From: a virus | Taxonomy: Duplodnaviria > Caudoviricetes | Virus record (IMG/VR): IMGVR_UViG_3300025632_000052 | Location: 1 to 30,387 of that record | Strand: one strand, 5' to 3' | Length of the DNA stretch: 30,387 bases | In this document: positions 24,047 to 30,387 of the stretch, piece after piece | Layout of the letters: every line of letters begins with the position of its first letter | Position numbering within the stretch: position 1 is the stretch's first letter | Translations under genes and position numbers: made by a program | The notes under the pieces: model-generated | Seen by the model: only the letters and a program-made list of their open reading frames with translations | Database searches by the model: none | What the model was told of the DNA's origin: nothing

Positions 24047-26767
24047 ATGAGTATTCAATTAATAGTATTTCCTCAGTCTTACAATGGGCTAAACTCTCTA
24101 AGTGGTATAGGTACGGAGTTTGTTATTGATGGGATTGATTTTCTAACAGTAGATACTTCAAGTACAGTAAATAGCTTATCTAATGTACCAAATGATTTTA
24201 TAACAGCAGGATCTATAAATGTCAATACTTGGTATAGATATAGTGCAACAGCAGATGATGTAGATGAATCTTTAAACAATCTAGTCTTTACAACAGGTAC
24301 AGGTATAGCTCAAAGGTTATCTAATTTATCAGTAGGGCAAACTTATGATATTAAAGTAGATATAGGAAGTATTACAGGAGCTTCAGGACAAGTTTCTATA
24401 AAACAATTTGTTGGCACTTCTCCTAACCTTATTAGTTCAACTACTTATACAACAGGTACTTCAGGAGTACAAACCTCAAGCTTTGTAGCTCAATCAACTA
24501 GTGATACTCTTACTTTTACAAATACAGGTGGTGCGACATCACTTGTAGGGATTAATTCTATTTCAGTAAAACAAGCACCTTCAGGTAATAGCTCAGTAGA
24601 TTTAAGTACAGGGCAAGTTATTCTTGATTTATATGAAATGGAAGATATGCCTTTAACTCTTAGCGTAGATGAATTTAAGAACGCAGCAGAACAAGTAAAA
24701 TCTTATTCTAAAGCTTTTAAATTACCTGCTACAAAAAGAAACAATCAGATATTTAATAATATATTTGAAATAACAAGAGCAGATGATGGTGTTATCTTTA
24801 ATCCTTATGTTAAAACTAAGTGTATAATAAACCAAGATGGCTTTACGATTTTTGAAGGATTTTTAAGATTGATAGATATACAAGATAAAGATGGAGAGGT
24901 TAGTTATAACATTAATCTCTATTCTGAAGTAATTGCTTTAGCAGATGTATTAGGAGAGAGGACTTTTAGCGATTTAAATTTTTCCGAATTAGATCACACT
25001 TATAATAAAACAAATATTAAGAATAGTTGGAATAATAGCCCAAGTGCAGGAATAACTTATACTAGTACAAATGCTTCAGGATTTAGAGATGACAACGACA
25101 CTTTAAAATACCCATTCGTTGATTGGACACACCAATTAATAGTGGCAGCAGCAGGTGGCACACCAACAGAAGGCAACCCTGAATTAACTTCTTTTGAGCA
25201 AGTATTTAGACCTTTTATTCAGCTAAAATATTTAATACAAAGAATATTTAATCAACCTAGTTTTAACTTTACTTATACAAGTGATTTTATAGATTCTAAC
25301 GCTGACTTTGGGAAGTTGTATATGGATTTTAATTGGGGAGATAGTCAAGCTCCGCTAGTTTTTAATAATACAGCGACAGGACTTGCTTTTGATAAAGATT
25401 ATACAGGAACAGATAATGTTGAATTTGTAGGTACATTTGATAGTAATTTTGGTTATGATACAGGAACTCATATCTTTACTGCTGTTAATGATAATCAAAC
25501 CTACGTTGTTGATTGTGATTTAAGCATACAATCTACTACACTTTTGGGATTTTCTAATGTCAATTTTGAATGGGTTGCAACTATTGGGGGAGTTGAGGTT
25601 GTACAATATAGTGAGCTATTTAGCCCACTTACTATTGTTAATCAATTTTTTGTAACATCTTTTTCTGTTACACTTAACGCAGGAGATACTTTACAATGTA
25701 GATTAACAATTATAAGTGGTGATCCTGTAAATATACCTACTCAAGCTCCTTTAACAATTACAACTACTGCTAATAATACTACATCAAATACTTTATTACA
25801 AACTTTAAGAGGAGAGCTAAAACAATGGGAATTTCTAAAAGGAATTTTTAAGATGTTCAATTTAATTTCTATTCCTGATAAATCTAACCCTACTAATATT
25901 ATTATAGAACCTTATAAAGATATTTTCTTGTCTAGTAATGATGCTACAAAACCCAACTTCTTTGATGATAATTCAACTGAATTAAATTGGACTGAAAAAG
26001 TAGATATTCAAGAGATGAAACTCACTCCGCTTACTAACTTAAATAAGACAACAATGTTCAAGTTTGTAGAAGATGATGATGACTACCCTTTTCAGAATTA
26101 TAAAAACCTAACAGGCGGACATTTATACGGAAGTATGCTTTATGATGCTTCTATAAGTGCAAGTGGATTAGAAACGATATTAGAAGGTGAAGAAGAAATA
26201 ATACCTGAACCATTTGCAGCAACAGTTGTTAAATCTTATATGACACAATACCCTGAACTTATAACTCCTGCTATTTACAAATACAATGCAGATGACCAAA
26301 CCTCAGAACCTTTTGATAATAGTCCTAGAGTTATGTATAATAATGGAATAGTAGATTTAACAGGAACAGGTATCTCTTATTTCATTCCTAGTCAAAATGG
26401 TACTGCTAGTGAAAATGCTGTAAAGTTTTTACAATTTAGCCACCTTTCAGCTATTCCAACAGTAACCTCTAACCCCCCTGTATTAACTGATACTAGAGAT
26501 TTTCACTTTGGGGTATGTCAATTATTACCAGGACTTGGAAGTCCTACTCCTAATAATCTCTTTAATATGTATTGGCTACCCTATTTTAATGAGTTATATA
26601 ACGCAGATACTAGAATTATGACTATGAAGGTAAATTTAGGAGCAGGAGATATGAATACTTTTAATTTTTATGATGTAGTAATGATTAAGAATAGAAAATT
26701 TAGAGTAAATAAAATAGATTACAAACCAAACGACTTAGCGACAGTTGAATTTATACTTATACCATAA
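24047..26767 (+). CDS. Tail hub/baseplate protein with inserted beta-sandwich domains
   Basis: 906 aa; LDLY....LT.S.......SYSK.F.LPAT..NN.IF, IFKMFNL, and C-terminal RVNKIDY....ATVE. Confidence 0.65.
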   Translation: MSIQLIVFPQSYNGLNSLSGIGTEFVIDGIDFLTVDTSSTVNSLSNVPNDFITAGSINVNTWYRYSATADDVDESLNNLVFTTGTGIAQRLSNLSVGQTYDIKVDIGSITGASGQVSIKQFVGTSPNLISSTTYTTGTSGVQTSSFVAQSTSDTLTFTNTGGATSLVGINSISVKQAPSGNSSVDLSTGQVILDLYEMEDMPLTLSVDEFKNAAEQVKSYSKAFKLPATKRNNQIFNNIFEITRADDGVIFNPYVKTKCIINQDGFTIFEGFLRLIDIQDKDGEVSYNINLYSEVIALADVLGERTFSDLNFSELDHTYNKTNIKNSWNNSPSAGITYTSTNASGFRDDNDTLKYPFVDWTHQLIVAAAGGTPTEGNPELTSFEQVFRPFIQLKYLIQRIFNQPSFNFTYTSDFIDSNADFGKLYMDFNWGDSQAPLVFNNTATGLAFDKDYTGTDNVEFVGTFDSNFGYDTGTHIFTAVNDNQTYVVDCDLSIQSTTLLGFSNVNFEWVATIGGVEVVQYSELFSPLTIVNQFFVTSFSVTLNAGDTLQCRLTIISGDPVNIPTQAPLTITTTANNTTSNTLLQTLRGELKQWEFLKGIFKMFNLISIPDKSNPTNIIIEPYKDIFLSSNDATKPNFFDDNSTELNWTEKVDIQEMKLTPLTNLNKTTMFKFVEDDDDYPFQNYKNLTGGHLYGSMLYDASISASGLETILEGEEEIIPEPFAATVVKSYMTQYPELITPAIYKYNADDQTSEPFDNSPRVMYNNGIVDLTGTGISYFIPSQNGTASENAVKFLQFSHLSAIPTVTSNPPVLTDTRDFHFGVCQLLPGLGSPTPNNLFNMYWLPYFNELYNADTRIMTMKVNLGAGDMNTFNFYDVVMIKNRKFRVNKIDYKPNDLATVEFILIP

Positions 26768-27630
26768 TGTCAAGAACTAACAGTAATACACCATATTTAA
26801 CAGGATTCGCAGTACAACCTGCTACTATTGATAATTTAGGGGTAGTTGCTTTTACTGATGGAAGGCAAGAAGTAACACCTAATCAAGAACAATGCGAAGC
26901 TTATGGCTATACTTACGATCAAGGTTCAGGTACTTGTAGGGCTTTTAATTACAGCTCTAATTTAGGAATAGGTATAAAAAATGAAACTAATAATCTTCAG
27001 GGTGCAGGAAACACAATAGCAACAGGAACTAATAACTCTTACTTAATAGGAGAAAATAATACTATTAGAGGTAATTCAAGAAACAACATAGTAGTAGGAA
27101 GTAACAATCAAATAAATAATGCAATAAACAATGGCAACGTATTTGGTACTTTAGGAGAGGTTACTGCTAATAACTCAATAGTCTTAGGGGGTAATGCAGG
27201 GGGAGATAATTTAGGAGAAAGACAAAGCATAACAGTTATGTTCGGAAGGACTACAACAGATGGGAGTAATACAACATCTTATATGAATAACACTACTGAT
27301 AGCTTCTTTCCTGTGCCTACAAATACTGCTATCTATTTTCATTCTGAGGTAATAGCAGTTAGAGTAGGGGGATCAAGTGGTTCTGGAGCAGTAGGAGATT
27401 TTGGTAGTTGGGTTGAAAGAGGTGTAGTTATTAATAAGTCAGGTACTTTAACTATTTCAAGAGAAAGAGATCCTATTAAAAGCTCAGGAGCAACATCAAA
27501 TTGGCAACCAACAGGAATAGTAACAGGAACAACTAACTTTACTTTAAGAGTAAGGGGAGATGCAGATATGAACGTAGAATGGGCAGCGACAGTTAGAATG
27601 ACACAAATGAAAACAGGAGTAGCACTTTAA
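26767..27630 (+). CDS. Tail fibre/spike protein
   Basis: N/G-rich short repeats (GENNTI, GSNNQI) suggesting a beta-helix; C-terminal beta domain. Confidence 0.6.
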   Translation: MSRTNSNTPYLTGFAVQPATIDNLGVVAFTDGRQEVTPNQEQCEAYGYTYDQGSGTCRAFNYSSNLGIGIKNETNNLQGAGNTIATGTNNSYLIGENNTIRGNSRNNIVVGSNNQINNAINNGNVFGTLGEVTANNSIVLGGNAGGDNLGERQSITVMFGRTTTDGSNTTSYMNNTTDSFFPVPTNTAIYFHSEVIAVRVGGSSGSGAVGDFGSWVERGVVINKSGTLTISRERDPIKSSGATSNWQPTGIVTGTTNFTLRVRGDADMNVEWAATVRMTQMKTGVAL

Positions 27631-27641
27631 AATAAAAAGAT

Positions 27642-29171
27642 ATGGCGGATAAAGTTTTAGAAATGGAGGTAAAGAGTAACATTAAACAAGTTGCTAAAGA
27701 TCAAAAGGAATGGAATAAGGAGATTAAAAAAACCAAAGAAAACATAGAAGATGTAAACGAAGAAGGGAAAGAAGTAGTAGCAGAAATGCAAATACTAGGT
27801 GTTTCTATAAACGGCTTAAAGGGTGCTTGGAACTCAGCAGCAGCAGGTGCTAAATTTATGTTCAGAAGTATTAAAATGGGTTTACTATCAACAGGAATAG
27901 GAGCTTTTGTTGTAGCTATTGGTTCTTTAGTAACTTACTTTACTCAAACTAAAAGGGGAGCTGAAGCTTTTGAGGTGGCTATGTCGGCTCTAGGAGCGAC
28001 ATTTAATGTAATTGTAGATAGGGTAGCTAAATTTGGTGGTGGGTTGTTTAAATTGTTTACAGGCGAAGCTAAACAGGGGTTAAAAGATATGAGAGATAGC
28101 TTTAAAGATATAGGAACTGAAATTGTAGCTGATACTGTTTTAACTGCTGCGTTAATAAAAATGCAACAAACCCTTAGAGATAGTCAAAGAGATTTGAATG
28201 TAGAAACAGCACAACAAAGAGCTGAGATAGAGAGATTAAAGTTGATAGCTGAAGATGTAACAAAATCTACAAAAGAAAGACTAGAAGCGGCAAAAGAAGC
28301 GTTTGCAATAGAAAACAAATTATTATCCGCAAGAATAGCTAACGCCGAAGAGGATTTAAGATTGCAGCAGGAAAGTATGAGAATGACTGCTATAAATAAT
28401 GAAAACACAGCAGAAGAATTAGATAGGGAAGCTGAGTTAAAAATTAACTTAGCAAATATTACAGGAGAAAGTTTAACTAAGCAAATAGAACTTAACAATA
28501 AGATAAATGCAATAACAGCCGAAGGAGCAGCAAAAGCAGCAGAAGCACTACAAGCTCAAAAAGATGCAGATGCAGCGAGGGAAGGTGTATTAACAGAAAT
28601 GCCGAGATTAATACAAGAAGTTAATGATAGTTTAATACAAGCTGATAATACATTTATGAATACTGTTGAAGCAAACGCTGAAAAGAGAAAGAAATTAGAA
28701 GAAGGAGTGTTACAAGCAAAAAAGAATATGGCTTTAATGGGATTAAATCTATTAGCACAGTCAGGGGAAAAAGGTATGGTAATAGCAAAAGCTTTAGCAG
28801 TAAGACAAGCAGCAATAGCAGGTAGAGAAGCTGTGCAGAACACTTTTGTAACAGCAGCTAAAAACCCTATTACTACATTATTCCCACCTTATCCTTATAT
28901 AATGGCAGCAGGAGCAGCAACTTTTTCAGCGTTACAAATAAAAGGAATATTAAGTGAAAGTCCTGTTGGTGCAGGAGGAGGTGGAGAAGGTGGAGCAGCA
29001 GGAGGTATGGCTTCAGTTGGTAGTGAAAGACCTGCACCTCAAATGATGTCAGGAGCTTTTGATTTAAGTGGGGGTATGCAACCTGATCCTGTAAAAGCGT
29101 TTGTAGTTACTGATGAAATGACTAACAGTCAAAATCAATTAGCTAACATTAGAAGAAGATCAACAATTTAA
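27642..29171 (+). CDS. Tape measure protein
   Basis: 509 aa, helical and Ala-rich; STGIGAFVVAIGSL hydrophobic segment; C-terminal PVKAFVV..EMT.SQ. Confidence 0.8.
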   Translation: MADKVLEMEVKSNIKQVAKDQKEWNKEIKKTKENIEDVNEEGKEVVAEMQILGVSINGLKGAWNSAAAGAKFMFRSIKMGLLSTGIGAFVVAIGSLVTYFTQTKRGAEAFEVAMSALGATFNVIVDRVAKFGGGLFKLFTGEAKQGLKDMRDSFKDIGTEIVADTVLTAALIKMQQTLRDSQRDLNVETAQQRAEIERLKLIAEDVTKSTKERLEAAKEAFAIENKLLSARIANAEEDLRLQQESMRMTAINNENTAEELDREAELKINLANITGESLTKQIELNNKINAITAEGAAKAAEALQAQKDADAAREGVLTEMPRLIQEVNDSLIQADNTFMNTVEANAEKRKKLEEGVLQAKKNMALMGLNLLAQSGEKGMVIAKALAVRQAAIAGREAVQNTFVTAAKNPITTLFPPYPYIMAAGAATFSALQIKGILSESPVGAGGGGEGGAAGGMASVGSERPAPQMMSGAFDLSGGMQPDPVKAFVVTDEMTNSQNQLANIRRRSTI

Positions 29172-29177
29172 AAATCA

Positions 29178-29204
29178 AATAAATATTAATTAAATCTATT
29201 ATAT
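29178..29204 (+). promoter_or_regulatory. Putative phage late promoter, copy 4
   Basis: AATAAA-N11-TCTATTATAT, 3 nt before ATG 29208. Confidence 0.7.
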
Positions 29205-29207
29205 TAT

Positions 29208-29933
29208 ATGCCGTGTAAAGAGTGTAAAGAAGGAAAAGTAAAATGGGGAGAATCAGGAGAATGCGAATATGATTCTATTTCTGAATGTGAAAAAGAGAAT
29301 GCTGCTAAAGATTATTACGAAAATCTTAAAACCACTTCTATTGTAGAATTAGTTATAGATGATGATAGTCAAGAGTTAGCTATTGATGCCATTAGCTTAG
29401 TGTCAGCACCTGCTATTGAGCAAGACTTTGTTTATTTTGGAAAAGAAAAGAACAATTTAACATTTGCTAAGATTGATGAAGAAAAGCGTATGCTAGTAAG
29501 TCCTGCACTTATACCTAACAAGCAAATCTTTAGATATGATCCTAATACTGATTCAGAATACTATGTTTACTTTAGTCCTGATACAGTTAGAAAAGCTAGT
29601 GAGTTATATTTAAAACATAACAACCATCATAAAGCTACCTACGAACACCAAGATAGAGTGTCAGGAGTATTAACAGTTGAAAGTTGGATAAAAGAGGGGG
29701 ATATGGATAAGTCAAAGCTTTATGGCTACGACTTGCCTAATGGCACTTGGTTCGTTAAGATGAAGATAAACAACGAAGAACTATGGCAAAAGGTAAAAGC
29801 AGGAGAACTTAAAGGGCTATCTATTGAAGGATATTTTACTGACAAAATGGAAAAGATGTCAGAAAAAGCACCAACTGATGAAGAAATACTCAAAGCTCTT
29901 AACGAGATAATTCGTGAAAATCAAACAAAGTAA
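29208..29933 (+). CDS. Prohead maturation protease (XkdF-like serine protease)
   Basis: AISLV..PAIE, PALIPNK.I.R, TYEH, VESWI, GTWFV.MK, GELKGLSIEGYF. Confidence 0.85.
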   Translation: MPCKECKEGKVKWGESGECEYDSISECEKENAAKDYYENLKTTSIVELVIDDDSQELAIDAISLVSAPAIEQDFVYFGKEKNNLTFAKIDEEKRMLVSPALIPNKQIFRYDPNTDSEYYVYFSPDTVRKASELYLKHNNHHKATYEHQDRVSGVLTVESWIKEGDMDKSKLYGYDLPNGTWFVKMKINNEELWQKVKAGELKGLSIEGYFTDKMEKMSEKAPTDEEILKALNEIIRENQTK

Positions 29934-29951
29934 CTAACTATTCTATTATAT
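29924..29951 (+). promoter_or_regulatory. Putative phage late promoter, copy 5 (scaffold-capsid operon)
   Basis: AACAAA-N12-TCTATTATAT, 13 nt before ATG 29965. Confidence 0.65.
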
Positions 29952-29964
29952 TAAAAAAGAACCT

Positions 29965-30387
29965 ATGGACATTAAAGAACAAATCTTAGTAGCACTTGGC
30001 TTAAACAAAGCCGAAGATGAAATTAAATTAGCTTGGCAATCAAAAGGAGAAGATGGCACTATCTATGTATCTACTGCTGAAGAATTAGAATCAGGGGTGG
30101 ACATATCAGTTCTGACAGAAGATGGTACGACAATTCCAATGCCGATCGGAACTTACAAAACTGAAGATGGTGTAAGCTTTAGAGTTGAAGAAGAAGGTGT
30201 AGTATCTGAAGTTATAGAATCTGAAACAGAAGAAGAAGTTGAAGCTAGAAAAGATGAAGATGAATACAGCGAAATGTCAGAAGCTGTTGATTTAAAGTTC
30301 CCTGAATCAGAAGCAGAAAAAGCTGATTGGGCAAAGTCTTATGAAGAAATGAAAGACAAAGTAGATAACTTGATGGATGCTATTGCT
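29965..30387 (+). CDS. Scaffolding protein, 5' part (runs off the window; continues as 8..568)
   Basis: MDIKEQILVALGL...EDGTTIPMPIGTYKTEDG; open to the window end and matches the ORF at position 8. Confidence 0.85.
   Translation, partial: MDIKEQILVALGLNKAEDEIKLAWQSKGEDGTIYVSTAEELESGVDISVLTEDGTTIPMPIGTYKTEDGVSFRVEEEGVVSEVIESETEEEVEARKDEDEYSEMSEAVDLKFPESEAEKADWAKSYEEMKDKVDNLMDAIA
30132..30387. repeat. Terminal direct repeat / circular overlap, right copy
   Basis: 250/256 identical to 1..256. Confidence 0.97.

Noticed and set aside
208-28843. All minus-strand ORFs in the track (e.g. 208..564, 4755..5039, 12639..12992, 15894..16247, 28184..28498)
   Set aside because: They are antisense shadows of well-supported plus-strand genes, with S/F/L-rich composition and no motifs
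30132-30387. Physical direct terminal repeat of the virion DNA
   Set aside because: The copies differ at six codon-aware positions and fall mid-gene; an assembly overlap of a circular or permuted genome is more likely
1-30387. CRISPR array, tRNA, intron/intein, diversity-generating retroelement, integrase or stop-codon recoding
   Set aside because: The largest intergenic gap is under 140 nt; no repeat-spacer pattern, reverse transcriptase or recombinase motifs; TAA, TAG and TGA all end genes and coding density is high with the standard code

Overview
An essentially complete ~30.1 kb genome of a small, AT-rich tailed phage, probably a siphovirus with a short tail. Bases 30132..30387 repeat bases 1..256, so the circle is 30,131 bp. 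All credible genes are on the + strand. The host is very likely a Bacteroidota/Flavobacteriia cell: the genome has TAnnTTTG promoters, A-rich starts without Shine-Dalgarno sequences, a DUF3127-type SSB and a DUF5675-like lysin candidate. Gene order on the circle: prohead protease, scaffold, major capsid, major tail, accessory structural genes, portal (with a long C-terminal extension), adaptor and lysis genes; then a host-type promoter, acidic early proteins, recombination/replication genes, a PAPS-reductase-like gene and NinG; then a sigma-factor-like gene and small genes; then a late operon ParB - glycosyltransferase - TET/JBP dioxygenase - TerS - TerL; then a frameshifting tail chaperone, tail genes and tape measure. 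No integrase, repressor, DNA polymerase, DNA methyltransferase, tRNA or CRISPR array was seen. Main points of interest: (1) a ~60-nt minus-strand sRNA unit after terL, complementary to early-gene start regions; (2) a packaging-coupled TET/JBP plus glycosyltransferase system with no methyltransferase; (3) a five-copy bipartite late promoter, apparently giving leaderless mRNAs, together with a phage sigma factor; (4) strong depletion of CATG and CCAG/CTGG. All family assignments come from motif recognition by eye, not database searches.
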